Shown here one piece after another: positions 19,901 to 28,849 of a stretch of DNA of 64,000 nt. Position numbers and translations under genes: made by a program. The DNA lies in the IMG/VR virus record IMGVR_UViG_3300042923_000601, positions 124,001 through 188,000 of that record. One strand, written 5' to 3'. The notes under the pieces were generated by a model. That model ran no database searches. It worked only from the letters and a program-made list of their open reading frames with translations, and was not told the origin of the DNA. Position 1 is the stretch's first letter. Each line of letters starts with the position of its first letter.

Positions 19901-20051
19901 GTTCATTGTCAGTTCTGGTTTCACTCCCTTCATCGTCAAGCTGTGTATTTTCATTGTTGTTACTGGTCTCAACGTCAGAAAGCATTTCGCCAGAACGAGT
20001 TCCCCCGTCATTCATTCCATTTCCACTCGCACTGCCGTTCGTTTCGTTCAT
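16929..20051 (-). CDS. ppk1: Polyphosphate kinase 1 with a ~365-aa N-terminal extension
   Basis: Motifs DRELSWISFNNRVL, SNLDEFFAVRV, DVLVHHPYESF, IKQTLYR, ELKARYDE, KTHAK (phospho-His), HIGTGNY, SIVGRFLEHSRV and MTRNLDRRLE. RBS GGAGG at the 5' start; a second GGAGG precedes the in-frame ATG at 18956. Confidence 0.93.
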   Translation of the reverse strand: MNETNGSASGNGMNDGGTRSGEMLSDVETSNNNENTQLDDEGSETRTDNEPGRGGSHSADAPKVRFKRIIIDDEGIRIAPAFFDNQLTADEARHTLTSIPWSSLSISKIFKAIIALLQNSQAYIQWAERGEDAVHLTPDEIDGILKSDYGVDVGIKLITSTIQQYDRLVKTINAEPVRLNFDKDKLGAKINDRIIVNKEDIRIAPMLFNKPNIPVKHAMSVLRTAQTLPIGIPQQFDAIITILQDNEEHTFRSQAEYEAGPIYKTPVEIQRDLKSICNISMELHDIKEIILRMTQILDPTPPAHFGRFKLESTPTVAEKIQKKLKNVHGIERSLADIEAMILDFQHPDLMANTDDIINKVNGGTTMTTGINTAEMPYIDRELSWISFNNRVLSLADKDTTPLLERVKFLSIANSNLDEFFAVRVASRLKDDEELDDEEEDEVEDRQVVNNIISECKSMVERMDSTYRHLIDKLAESDIHILTDFERNKVKKYFNYTIKPALAPLALDVTRPIPHLKPLSIYIALFVETADGTERMGLIEIPTHLDRIVKIGKHGWYFIEDIILANITDLYPGSTCSDITIFRVIRDGDTVVVDEDKGYVETMVMNVQSRMLYNDPVRLDILAGANKKIKSALQSSLDIPSRYVFHVQERIKMSDVIQLYKASDDPALKYPHFKPRPLYEEHNKKTMLARIAKRDVLVHHPYESFTDSVVRFIRDACEDPHVISIKQTLYRSGNDSKIIRHLIKAAEAGKNVTVVMELKARYDEGTNIEWADKLQRAGATVVYGYEHIKTHAKMTHVFRLKGKTGEQFCHIGTGNYSEKNSKVYTDYSYFTSDKKVCSDINSIFNMLTGGFISEDSQLNNIKIAPIAIRSTLYTLIDQQIALGSDGRIIIKVNNLSDPGMAEKLYQASNAGVNIDIICRSACSLIAGIPGYSENIKVKSIVGRFLEHSRVFQFGDDVFLSSSDLMTRNLDRRLELMFMVSDPNLKLRVQGNLQVLLDDTENSFISYAVGYVPYRELNLVRGEDGAAPDAPSSLDAHKYFIR

Positions 20052-20092
20052 AACTTAAATTCCTCCAGTATAGTTAGGATGTGATACACTTG

Positions 20093-20105
20093 TATAATAT
20101 ATACC
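20093..20105 (-). promoter_or_regulatory. Early-type AT-rich promoter (GGTATATATTATA)
   Basis: Recurrent motif upstream of non-structural genes; resembles the phiKZ early promoter TATATTAC. Confidence 0.6.
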
Positions 20106-20144
20106 TGAAATCAATAATATTTGCACGTTATGCTATGTGTAAGA

Positions 20145-20156
20145 AACAATAGGATA
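20145..20156 (+). promoter_or_regulatory. Late promoter AACA-N6-TA
   Basis: AACA ATAGGA TA upstream of 20172. Confidence 0.6.
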
Positions 20157-20171
20157 ATCTAAGATAAAGGA

Positions 20172-20555
20172 GTGAAAGCCATGCTGACACCATCTGAATT
20201 TTTGATCATCGTCGCTGTGGTAGCTGGTGCAATTGCAGTTACCGGTCGCTGGGTATATTACAAAAGAACGGGGAAAGAACTGGTTGAGGGTGATAGCAAC
20301 CTGATTCTGAATCTCCGCAACACAGTGGTATCGACTCTCCTCGAAGGTATTCACCTGAAGGAAATCGAAACCGAGCAAGGTCGAGATGCTGTCCGGGATG
20401 AAATCGCAGCTAAGGCTAAGCAAATCCTCGCTGAAACCACAGCTTTGACGGAAGGTGAAAAGGAGCTTGTATCCAAGCTCGACTTCACATTATTCATTGC
20501 ACTGGTTGAGAAGGAACTTATTAGTCGCGGTGTACTCGAACCTGAGAAATCATAA
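20172..20555 (+). CDS. N-terminally anchored membrane protein, possibly holin-like (LL-H-type architecture)
   Basis: Single N-terminal TM FLIIVAVVAGAIAV followed by a charged helical domain; late-type promoter. Confidence 0.5.
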   Translation: MKAMLTPSEFLIIVAVVAGAIAVTGRWVYYKRTGKELVEGDSNLILNLRNTVVSTLLEGIHLKEIETEQGRDAVRDEIAAKAKQILAETTALTEGEKELVSKLDFTLFIALVEKELISRGVLEPEKS

Positions 20556-20561
20556 GAAGAA

Positions 20562-20587
20562 CGGACATGGAGATTCCTCCATGTCCG
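20562..20587. terminator. Bidirectional terminator
   Basis: CGGACATGGAG / CTCCATGTCCG between convergent genes. Confidence 0.8.
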
Positions 20588-20591
20588 GTTT

Positions 20592-21854
20592 TTATTTGTC
20601 GTAATCCTTGCCCTTACTATTGAGGTCTCGCTCGTTGATCAATTTCTGAATCTCCATGATATAAGGCATGTTCAGATACACACATACCGTATATACACTT
20701 TGAGGCTTAGCCTGCTTCATGGTCAGTTCATACGTATCACCCTTGAACTCATAGACATCAGGGTTCTCAGGAACAAGTTCTTCCCATTCATAGATAACGA
20801 TCTGGGAATACGGTTCCGTAAGACCATTGTCATTAATGTACTTGATTGCATCACGGACATCAACCCCTATAAAATCCATCAGTCCAAGGGTTTCCTTAGG
20901 CTTATCATACTCAACCTTAACTGAGGTGTACAGGCTGTATCCGTTACGTACAGTCTCAATCACAGGAGCTTTGGACTCAAGATAAATACGAACCGTGTAA
21001 GAGTTCAGCATATCCGTTGGGTTACCCGGGAGGATATCCTTAGTCACCAAGAGGAAATTCTCCATTACGTTAACCTCTACCCGGATTTGGAATTCCAATT
21101 GGGTAAGATGGTCAATACGCTGAGACCGAGTTCGATCCAGTGTAGGTAGGTCAGGGAGATGAAGTTGCAAGGTACTCTTTGCTAATACAAAGAACTCCGT
21201 CTTTCCTGTAGCCGGTCGGTGCAGTCGAACAATAGTTGCAGTTGACATTCGGTTTAGCTCGGCCAGGAATTCAGGGGTAGACTGATCCATCCCTAATCGC
21301 TCTGCCAAATAATCAATGAATGCCTTTGGGATCAGCGTTTCGGTATACCGCTCAATACCAAACATGTGCCGGAACCGAAGGTTTGCACGAAGGTATTTAA
21401 GCAGGTTAGTACCGAGCATATTGGTTTCAGTCAGCATAACAATACGAAATGCAAAGCTTTCTCTGGCGATAGTATAGCCCAGCGCATAGTCAGGTGGATC
21501 ACCATCCGTCAGGAAGAACTCCGCATTCATGTGATTGAACACAGGGTCGTTCATATGGTCAATCGGAATAAATTTATCCCATTGTATCTTAGGGAGAGCC
21601 GAGGATTCATCATCCGGTAGATACTTAGGGTCGATAATCAAGGTCGGTGTTTCACGCTGGATCATGTTTTTATTCTGACCCCGGATATTCTTAAAGGCAA
21701 CCTCAGTTGTAACATACGTTTCTTTAAAGAAACTAGGAGACGGCATCGCATCCTTGATGTAGTGCTCAATGATTGCAGTCAAATTGCCTAGTATGTGAGA
21801 GAATGAGGTGGTCGCTTTATACATCTTACTCTGCCATTCATGCTTTTCGCCCAC
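20592..21854 (-). CDS. Hypothetical protein (420 aa), probable virion structural protein
   Basis: GTG start with AAGGA RBS; has its own late promoter; no recognisable catalytic motif. Confidence 0.6.
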   Translation of the reverse strand: MGEKHEWQSKMYKATTSFSHILGNLTAIIEHYIKDAMPSPSFFKETYVTTEVAFKNIRGQNKNMIQRETPTLIIDPKYLPDDESSALPKIQWDKFIPIDHMNDPVFNHMNAEFFLTDGDPPDYALGYTIARESFAFRIVMLTETNMLGTNLLKYLRANLRFRHMFGIERYTETLIPKAFIDYLAERLGMDQSTPEFLAELNRMSTATIVRLHRPATGKTEFFVLAKSTLQLHLPDLPTLDRTRSQRIDHLTQLEFQIRVEVNVMENFLLVTKDILPGNPTDMLNSYTVRIYLESKAPVIETVRNGYSLYTSVKVEYDKPKETLGLMDFIGVDVRDAIKYINDNGLTEPYSQIVIYEWEELVPENPDVYEFKGDTYELTMKQAKPQSVYTVCVYLNMPYIMEIQKLINERDLNSKGKDYDK

Positions 21855-21878
21855 GGGTATTCAGTCCTTTCCTTGGTT

Positions 21879-21890
21879 TAATGGGTTGTT
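21879..21890 (-). promoter_or_regulatory. Late promoter AACA-N6-TA
   Basis: Minus strand AACA ACCCAT TA. Confidence 0.6.
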
Positions 21891-21937
21891 TTAACGAAAA
21901 AAATATAGGTACACCCGAAGGTGTACCTATTGTCAAT

Positions 21938-23455
21938 TTACGAAGCATTTTCACCCAGAGCGTAGAGTTCAGACAGGATCAAGATGTAGTCCTTAATGAA
22001 CTTCATGCGCTCAGAATAGTTACCATGCGTACGAGACACATAGTTGTATTTCGGGCTGAGGGTTGGTTCGAAGGTCTTGATCAATCTCCAGTCCTTCATT
22101 GGGAAGTAGTACAAGCTGTCCCCGTCATGGTCTCCCGCATATCCGTCAAGCAGAGATGGTGAGATACGCATACACAGGTCGTCAATGTCATTACCAACAG
22201 CCACGACTTGCAGTAGACGAATGGAACGGTCAGATAGAGTAGGTGGACGACCAACCATTACACAAATCGGCGTCTTGGACTCTTTCAAGATCGTCATCAT
22301 CAGTGCATAGATACGTGGATTGTAAATCCGCAGGCTATCGTTGATGATCTTGTAAGCTTCATTCTCCGTAATATCATCCAAGATACACAAGAGGTGAATC
22401 AACTCAAGTTCAAGGAATACGATACCTGTAATGTACGGGATTTGAACATCGCATGGTCTAAGATGTACACCTGGGATGATGATGCTTCGGGCCGCGTAGT
22501 CAATACGAACGCCACCGAAGTTCGATCGGAACATCCCTTCTTTACCGGAATACGTATCAACCAGCCATGCATACAGGTCATTCAGTTTCTGCTGAATACC
22601 ATGCAGTGCGGGCACGATGGTCAGCTCGTTATCCGGCTCCGTTACGATCAGGTTGTATTGAGACATGATCATACCATAGAGCTTGTTCGGTTTAAAGGCA
22701 CGAACCTTTTCATTATTCTCGATATGCGGGCGAATGATCGCGCTGTATACCGGGATATAGTTAGTAAAGATCGATTCCTTGTCCCTAACCAGGAGCTCGT
22801 AATGATCACGCTTCTTATTGGCTGTATCAAGACCCATATAGAAATCAAGGATTTCGTCAATGTGCTTATACAGATACATCATGCCTACATTATGGTATCG
22901 TTTACGCGGCTCAACATCATCTCTGAGATTCCCATCGACTGACCATCTGGCGGTGCTCATCTTGAGGATGTTCTCAAGTTCGCCTTTACCAAACAAGATG
23001 TTCATATGGGTATACATAGCTGGGTTGATAACCACATACTGCTGCAGGGGAATCCAGCCCATGATGCTAAGGTCAGCATCCATGAATTTAACTGGTGTTC
23101 CGCACACTGGGCAAATCTCATCAATGGAAATTGCACCGCCTGTTTCACCGCACTGACACCGGTAAGCATCTTGCCGTCCGGTTTGGTTGTCGAATTGGGT
23201 GTAACCATAACGAGGTGAGAAGATACCGTCCACGGTTTTATTGCCAGCTTTATCAATGGCTTCAGGGTTTGTCACAAGGAAGTCTTTCCCGGACTTAAGA
23301 CCCTTCTCCGCCTCTTTACGGAGATTTACTTTAATCAACTGCTCAGATTCGATGGACTGATCATAGTCCTCAAAGTAGCGTTTAACCTCGGGTAATTGGA
23401 ATTGCTTGACGTCACCATAGTCGATGACGTCTCCGTTTAACATAACTTCTTGCAT
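21938..23455 (-). CDS. Phage RNA polymerase beta'-like subunit, N-terminal half (Zn finger, clamp, catalytic DPBB)
   Basis: Start ATG 23455 after GGAGG. Motifs DGIFSPRYG, CQCG..CPVC, GKEGMFRSNFGGVRIDYAARSII, GRPPTL and catalytic loop YAGDHDGD. Confidence 0.9.
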   Translation of the reverse strand: MQEVMLNGDVIDYGDVKQFQLPEVKRYFEDYDQSIESEQLIKVNLRKEAEKGLKSGKDFLVTNPEAIDKAGNKTVDGIFSPRYGYTQFDNQTGRQDAYRCQCGETGGAISIDEICPVCGTPVKFMDADLSIMGWIPLQQYVVINPAMYTHMNILFGKGELENILKMSTARWSVDGNLRDDVEPRKRYHNVGMMYLYKHIDEILDFYMGLDTANKKRDHYELLVRDKESIFTNYIPVYSAIIRPHIENNEKVRAFKPNKLYGMIMSQYNLIVTEPDNELTIVPALHGIQQKLNDLYAWLVDTYSGKEGMFRSNFGGVRIDYAARSIIIPGVHLRPCDVQIPYITGIVFLELELIHLLCILDDITENEAYKIINDSLRIYNPRIYALMMTILKESKTPICVMVGRPPTLSDRSIRLLQVVAVGNDIDDLCMRISPSLLDGYAGDHDGDSLYYFPMKDWRLIKTFEPTLSPKYNYVSRTHGNYSERMKFIKDYILILSELYALGENAS

Positions 23456-23469
23456 ATTGTGTCTGCCTC

Positions 23470-24048
23470 CTATTGCTTTTTGTGTATACTGCGTCCTACT
23501 TCTTTGTATAAAAGATCGCAAAATACCTTCATATGAGTTTTGCGGAATTCGACCGGTAAATTTGGCACTCCCACTAATTCATATGGGAATGCATACTTGC
23601 CGATGTGTTTATACGGGATGATTTCGTTAGACATGTGCTTGAGAAATATGGTTCGTCTACCTTCATGAATATCTTTCCGAGTAAGTTCGGTGAATTCAGA
23701 TAAGTATCGCCACTCATGATAGATTTTCTCCGGCGCGTAGGTTGTCATTTCAACCGCCGTGTTAACAAAGATTAAAATCGTTTCGATCAGGATCATTTCC
23801 AGCAACTGACCGAACTTTGCTCTTTCTACAGCGCCGTAATTTGCCTTGATGGCAGCCACGATAGCGTTTGGTGATATCGTAACTTCTCTTACAACGGTTC
23901 TTGCACGGCCGGTAAACTTAAACCGGACCAGTTCACCAGTGGGTATATTCCCAATGATAACGTTCGTTGCTAATTTCAGGCTGTTATCTCCCCTACAGAC
24001 CTGAATCATTTCGTTGAGCCGCCTCTTGACTCTCCGTTTACTGAACAT
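23470..24048 (-). CDS. Hypothetical protein (192 aa) co-transcribed with beta'-N
   Basis: GGGAGGG RBS; early-type promoter upstream. Confidence 0.65.
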   Translation of the reverse strand: MFSKRRVKRRLNEMIQVCRGDNSLKLATNVIIGNIPTGELVRFKFTGRARTVVREVTISPNAIVAAIKANYGAVERAKFGQLLEMILIETILIFVNTAVEMTTYAPEKIYHEWRYLSEFTELTRKDIHEGRRTIFLKHMSNEIIPYKHIGKYAFPYELVGVPNLPVEFRKTHMKVFCDLLYKEVGRSIHKKQ

Positions 24049-24100
24049 TGCACAACCCTCCCTACTAACGGTATAGTGAACATCTCTGTGTTTACACAGC

Positions 24101-24114
24101 TATAATATATAACC
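24101..24114 (-). promoter_or_regulatory. Early-type promoter GGTTATATATTATA
   Basis: Recurrent motif, lying between a terminator and the gene start. Confidence 0.65.
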
Positions 24115-24137
24115 ATTCATTTCATCCATAAAGATAA

Positions 24138-24162
24138 GAGATACGGAACAAATCCGTATCTC
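24138..24162 (-). terminator. Terminator after beta'-C
   Basis: GAGATACGGA / TCCGTATCTC. Confidence 0.75.
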
Positions 24163-24169
24163 TCCCTTT

Positions 24170-25369
24170 TTATTTACCGATAAGGTCATCCACCGTCACG
24201 CGGTAAGTATAAACCTTTTTGTTATGGAACGCCTTAAGCCGCTTATTCATCATCGTCGATCCAATCTTGGACGACGCTATACCAACGGCTTTAAGTTTAA
24301 GTCTATACGATTGTGAACCCAGACATGCATTACAGATATGCGGTTTAGGCTGGTGGCAGAACATTGGTGATCTAAACTTCATCCGTCTTCCCTCATACTG
24401 CTTGAAGTTTTCAGGGGTCAGTTCCACCAACTTCTTACCATCAATCATATTCATGTACATGAGTTCGTTCTTAAAGAATGGGTCTACAACCATGTGGATG
24501 TACCCATCAGTACCGCAGTCTGAACCCTTTGGTCCAGATGCAACGTCTTGCAGGGTTGCAATAAACTTCTGAGCTGCATAACCACCCATCGCAACCCCTT
24601 TAGCGCGCTGGAATGTACCATATACAGCTGAGTCAGCAAGCAAGTGATACTCTTCTTTGGATATCCCGTCATCGTAGTTTGAGGTAGCGATCTTCCAATC
24701 GCCTGTCCCTGTATCAACGATCGGACCCTTCATGAGCATCATGGTCTTGAAGTTATTATCGAAATTGAGCTTCGCGTCAGAAGCAAAGTTATCCCACTCT
24801 GGGAGTTTCTCCAAATGCTTCTTCGCCATATCAACCAGCTCTTTTTCAATCTTCGCGCCGACGATAACATCACCCTCGGCGATTTCCTTCGCGTATTTCT
24901 TAAAGAGCATTGCGCGGTGTTCCTTGACCTCTTTCGGGATGGTAAAGAGTCTAGGCGAGAGTGATACATTGATCAATTCTGCCAAATCACCACCACCAAG
25001 CCAGTCAAGAGAGTCAATTAACTCAAAGAACTGCGCAGACACAATCTTGTCTTCAAACAGGGCTTGGGAGATTAACGTGTAAATTTTCTTTAGCACGCCG
25101 CCTGTAATCGGGGTGTTTACATAACCAACCACATCCGAGAAATGTTTATCGATAACCAAGCGGTTAAAGATGTACAATCCGATTGTGGTCAGACCCTTTA
25201 TATTTTTGCAGCATGCATTCTCCGGTAAGAAGAACCAATCTGTTGTGGTGAACCTTGGTGTTGGGTTATTGCGTGTCCGGCCAAAGTAACTCTTCAGCAG
25301 CGTGGTTGTGATGTCGTCTTGTGTTAACTTAATGACTTCCTGTATTTCTTCGGGAGTCAGTGATCTCAT
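24170..25369 (-). CDS. Phage RNA polymerase beta'-like subunit, C-terminal/middle part (bridge helix to trigger loop)
   Basis: Bridge-helix-like AKGVAMGGYAAQKF, QD...SDCGT, RSPMFC, Zn motif ICNACLG, and trigger-loop-like KIGSTMMNKRLKAFH. Confidence 0.88.
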   Translation of the reverse strand: MRSLTPEEIQEVIKLTQDDITTTLLKSYFGRTRNNPTPRFTTTDWFFLPENACCKNIKGLTTIGLYIFNRLVIDKHFSDVVGYVNTPITGGVLKKIYTLISQALFEDKIVSAQFFELIDSLDWLGGGDLAELINVSLSPRLFTIPKEVKEHRAMLFKKYAKEIAEGDVIVGAKIEKELVDMAKKHLEKLPEWDNFASDAKLNFDNNFKTMMLMKGPIVDTGTGDWKIATSNYDDGISKEEYHLLADSAVYGTFQRAKGVAMGGYAAQKFIATLQDVASGPKGSDCGTDGYIHMVVDPFFKNELMYMNMIDGKKLVELTPENFKQYEGRRMKFRSPMFCHQPKPHICNACLGSQSYRLKLKAVGIASSKIGSTMMNKRLKAFHNKKVYTYRVTVDDLIGK

Positions 25370-25383
25370 AGTATAACCTCCCT

Positions 25384-26211
25384 TTAGATGATGTACACCT
25401 TATACGAGAAGGTGAAGAATGATTCAGCATCCCGCAAGAACATGTTTGGAATGTTAAGCTTGGTCACCGCACGCACACCTGCAAAGTCGGTTCCATCAAG
25501 GAAGCCAGCGATCAGGGTGATACTGTTGAATCGGCAGTTTGCGATGTTACCATACGTTGCCACGTACCACTCACGTACATCTTGCGGTGAAATCGTGAAT
25601 ACGACTTCTGCGAACGCAAGAATGCCAAGTGTAGTGTCCACACTGTCAATGTTCGGAGGAACTTCAGTTCCATCGGTGAACAGGTGACGAACGACCGGGT
25701 CTACGTCAAAGCGTTTACCGTAATAATAGAACTTAGAACCAACCTGTTTCTTCATGGCGTACTTGGCCTGGTCGGCTGTAGACAAGTCAGCGGTAGTGTC
25801 AACCACACGAATCGGGATCATACCGGATACGGATTTGTCTTTGAACTTAACAGCGCGGATCAAGTCAGGTGTTTCTACACCGGCATTACCGATCATGATG
25901 CCAAAGATCGTCTCATTTTTGAGGTTATCTTGGTTCGGCGTGATCGTATGTTTGATCTGCAGGTCTTGGGATAGCGTGGTCTGTCCAAATGACGACCGAC
26001 GTTTAAACATTTGCTCCAAGATGTACGTGGAACCCGGGAGAATGATATCATTGAATCGAAACATCTTTCTCCCAGTGATCCCATTCGTGATTTCAAGCAC
26101 ACCAACTACCTTTGTTTTGTCCAGCCCTCCGACGAGCAAACGCCCATCGGAAAGCATAAGTTCATCACGAACGCCTACCTTATCTGTTAAACTATCCGGA
26201 AATATATTCAT
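25384..26211 (-). CDS. Probable baseplate/tail structural protein (275 aa)
   Basis: In the late operon with the 756-aa protein; beta-rich; GGAGG RBS. Confidence 0.55.
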   Translation of the reverse strand: MNIFPDSLTDKVGVRDELMLSDGRLLVGGLDKTKVVGVLEITNGITGRKMFRFNDIILPGSTYILEQMFKRRSSFGQTTLSQDLQIKHTITPNQDNLKNETIFGIMIGNAGVETPDLIRAVKFKDKSVSGMIPIRVVDTTADLSTADQAKYAMKKQVGSKFYYYGKRFDVDPVVRHLFTDGTEVPPNIDSVDTTLGILAFAEVVFTISPQDVREWYVATYGNIANCRFNSITLIAGFLDGTDFAGVRAVTKLNIPNMFLRDAESFFTFSYKVYII

Positions 26212-28462
26212 ACTGACTACCTCCTAATTGGGCTATAATTTCAAGATCATCGGTAACGCGAATCGAAGTCTCTTTCTTTAGTGTTCCCCGAATACCGACA
26301 TCGTCGACCACAGTAACGTTGTTATGGTAGAATGCGGTACCGGCTGCACTGTATGAATCCACCACTTTGATATTATTGAGCATATCGTCAATATTGTAAG
26401 TGACAGACATAGAGAATACATTGATCGAGAACGCTTTAAAGGTATTGATGAGTTTAAGGACATACGTCTTGAGGATATTCTCACTTGATACGGTCGGCAT
26501 CTTTAAGAAGACGTAATCAAACCGTGTTGTTTGAATATACTCCTCTAGAGTAGTGAGTAATTTGAAGATTGTGGTGTCGATTAGATCGTCATCCAGGTTT
26601 TCAAGATAAATACCCACAACTTGGTTAGCCGCCGATAGGTAGTCCTGATACGTTTCAGCGATCTGACCGTTTGGTTTTGTGAATACTGAGGCGGATAGTT
26701 TTGACTGACTCATGTATCGGAGCAATTCACTTACCGTTTGGTATTCAGCAAGGCTCCGAGTCGAGGTCTTGATAGCCAGTAGGCGATCGTAAACCTCTTT
26801 GTTTCGGAAGTACAGGTTAATGAGTTCAGACGGCTGGGTAAATGGGCCTGGTGGAAGGATTGCAGATACATTCCCAGGCACGGTGTAGCCATATTTCTTC
26901 ATGATTGCATCAACGTCTGCCATATTTCGGTCAAAGTTGAACTTGTGTACGACGGCAATATCAATCGGGTCAGTGATAATGTCACCCGCAAAGCCTACCT
27001 TGCGGCTAGTCAATGCTGCCAGCATATTGATAGCATAGAAAAGGGTGATACGTTGTCCAAGGAAAGGCTCTGTCAGTACCAATCGATCCAGTGACGCACG
27101 AAGTGCCATCGTCATAGATAAGAAGTAAGATACTTCAAAGGACAGTTTGGACATATTGTACGCAGTATTGATATTGATGTAGTCCGTGTCAATATAGTTG
27201 AAAGGCTTCTCAAGGAGTTTCTGTCTGATACCTTCCTTGGACTCGTAGCCTCCCCAGTACGGGTCATCGGTAACCACATCTACGTAGGCCAACCGGTTCT
27301 CTGGTTTACGAATCTCATTGTCGATATTGGTTGAGTTAATATCAACCTGTGCGAAGTTAACATCGTACATTTCGTCATACTTTGGTGTCACACCGTCGGC
27401 CTCGTATGAGAAGATATAGTTATCGTCTGAGTCCTTCAGGTGTTCCTTTACCAAGATGAATTTACGGACAGTGATGTCATCAAAGCCAAAGATTGAGAAT
27501 ATCTTTGCGATAACTTCATCCGTGCCTCTAGATACGATTAGGGAGTTGATGTTGTCCGCAATCTTCTTACGGTACACAAACGGAATGTCATCGAAGATAT
27601 CAAGTTTATAGGACTGAAGTAGATTATGGATCATAAGTTCATTGGTGTATTCCTTGGCATTATAAATATCAATGGCTTCGTTAATGGTCATAATTAAGGC
27701 GTTTACCATAATCATAAAGCCGATGTATGAATCGAAGTACGTCTGGTCAACAGAAAATCGCCGATTGTAGTAGTTGTTAAGAATGTAAGTCTGGGATCGG
27801 ATATAGTTGACATCAAACCGCTGTTTAATAAAGGCATTGTTCGGCGGGGATGACCGGATAATATCAAACCGCTTAGCTTCACGGGCAGTCATAACCCCAA
27901 TCCGATTCGCACCCAAGTACTTCAGGTACGCACGGTCAGGATACTTCGTCTTCAGGGATTCAATGTATCCCATATTATTCAGAATGAAGATTTCATCATC
28001 CGTCATTTCATGGACGGGCTTAGAAACATCAACCCCCTGGATAGGAGCCTGAATGTAGATTTTGAGATAATCGGTTGTAGATGGGAGGCCATTGAGCATT
28101 CGGTAGTAGTTGTTCTTCTCCTCGAACTCTTCCAATATCTTCTCCCGTTTAAGCTCAACCAGTGCATCACGAAGCTCATATGGGATATTCCGCTTAGATT
28201 TAAGCGCCTCTGCAATCTGTGCAGTTGTTAACCCAACGGCTTCTAATAGATCAACCTCAAAGTTCAGATACGTATCGAAGGTATCACTACCCCGTATAAC
28301 AGCAGCGTATTCTTCATAATTGCGAAGTGTGTCTAACGTCTCACCGGCGTTAGCCAAATCTTCTCGCTTTACAACGACGTTTGCCATCATTGCTATAAGT
28401 TCTTTCGCCAGTTCCATTACATATGACGCTTCAACATTAAGTTCATCAGCCACTCTGATCAC
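26192..28462 (-). CDS. Probable baseplate-wedge-like virion protein (756 aa)
   Basis: GTG start; motifs EEKNNYYRMLNGLP and RGTDEVIAKIFSIFGF recalled from jumbo-phage structural proteins; late-like promoter upstream. Confidence 0.55.
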   Translation of the reverse strand: MIRVADELNVEASYVMELAKELIAMMANVVVKREDLANAGETLDTLRNYEEYAAVIRGSDTFDTYLNFEVDLLEAVGLTTAQIAEALKSKRNIPYELRDALVELKREKILEEFEEKNNYYRMLNGLPSTTDYLKIYIQAPIQGVDVSKPVHEMTDDEIFILNNMGYIESLKTKYPDRAYLKYLGANRIGVMTAREAKRFDIIRSSPPNNAFIKQRFDVNYIRSQTYILNNYYNRRFSVDQTYFDSYIGFMIMVNALIMTINEAIDIYNAKEYTNELMIHNLLQSYKLDIFDDIPFVYRKKIADNINSLIVSRGTDEVIAKIFSIFGFDDITVRKFILVKEHLKDSDDNYIFSYEADGVTPKYDEMYDVNFAQVDINSTNIDNEIRKPENRLAYVDVVTDDPYWGGYESKEGIRQKLLEKPFNYIDTDYININTAYNMSKLSFEVSYFLSMTMALRASLDRLVLTEPFLGQRITLFYAINMLAALTSRKVGFAGDIITDPIDIAVVHKFNFDRNMADVDAIMKKYGYTVPGNVSAILPPGPFTQPSELINLYFRNKEVYDRLLAIKTSTRSLAEYQTVSELLRYMSQSKLSASVFTKPNGQIAETYQDYLSAANQVVGIYLENLDDDLIDTTIFKLLTTLEEYIQTTRFDYVFLKMPTVSSENILKTYVLKLINTFKAFSINVFSMSVTYNIDDMLNNIKVVDSYSAAGTAFYHNNVTVVDDVGIRGTLKKETSIRVTDDLEIIAQLGGSQYEYISG

Positions 28463-28473
28463 CCTCTCATTTA

Positions 28474-28502
28474 AACATTCGATAAAGCATTTATCCCATG
28501 TT
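28474..28502. promoter_or_regulatory. Divergent pair of AACA-N5-TA late-like promoters
   Basis: Plus strand AACA TTCGA TA (28474-84) and minus strand AACA TGGGA TA (28492-502). Confidence 0.45.
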
Positions 28503-28539
28503 TTCGAGCTAAAATCACACTTAATATAAGGAGGTTTAT

Positions 28540-28830
28540 ATGAAAATTAAAGAGATGCAAATGTCTGGCGGCAGGACAGCGTGGCGTATTTATTGCCCAG
28601 GCTGTAAGGCTTTTCATATGATCACAGCTGATGGCTGGAGTTTTAACGGTGACATTGATAAACCGACGTTCTCACCTTCTCTGGTTGTCGATGCGAACTC
28701 CAGTACAGTATGTCATAGCTTTATTCGCGAAGGTAAGATCGAGTTTCTGTCAGACTCCTACCATGAGTTAGCTGGCCAGACCGTTGACTTACCGTCATTT
28801 GAATTAGAGCTTAGATCATCATATAGATAA
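28540..28830 (+). CDS. DUF6527-like small metal-binding protein
   Basis: CPGCxxxH, WSFNGDIDKPTFSPS, CHSFIREGKI and HELAGQTVDLP. Confidence 0.65.
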   Translation: MKIKEMQMSGGRTAWRIYCPGCKAFHMITADGWSFNGDIDKPTFSPSLVVDANSSTVCHSFIREGKIEFLSDSYHELAGQTVDLPSFELELRSSYR

Positions 28831-28849
28831 TCAGGAGAGGAGAATCATA

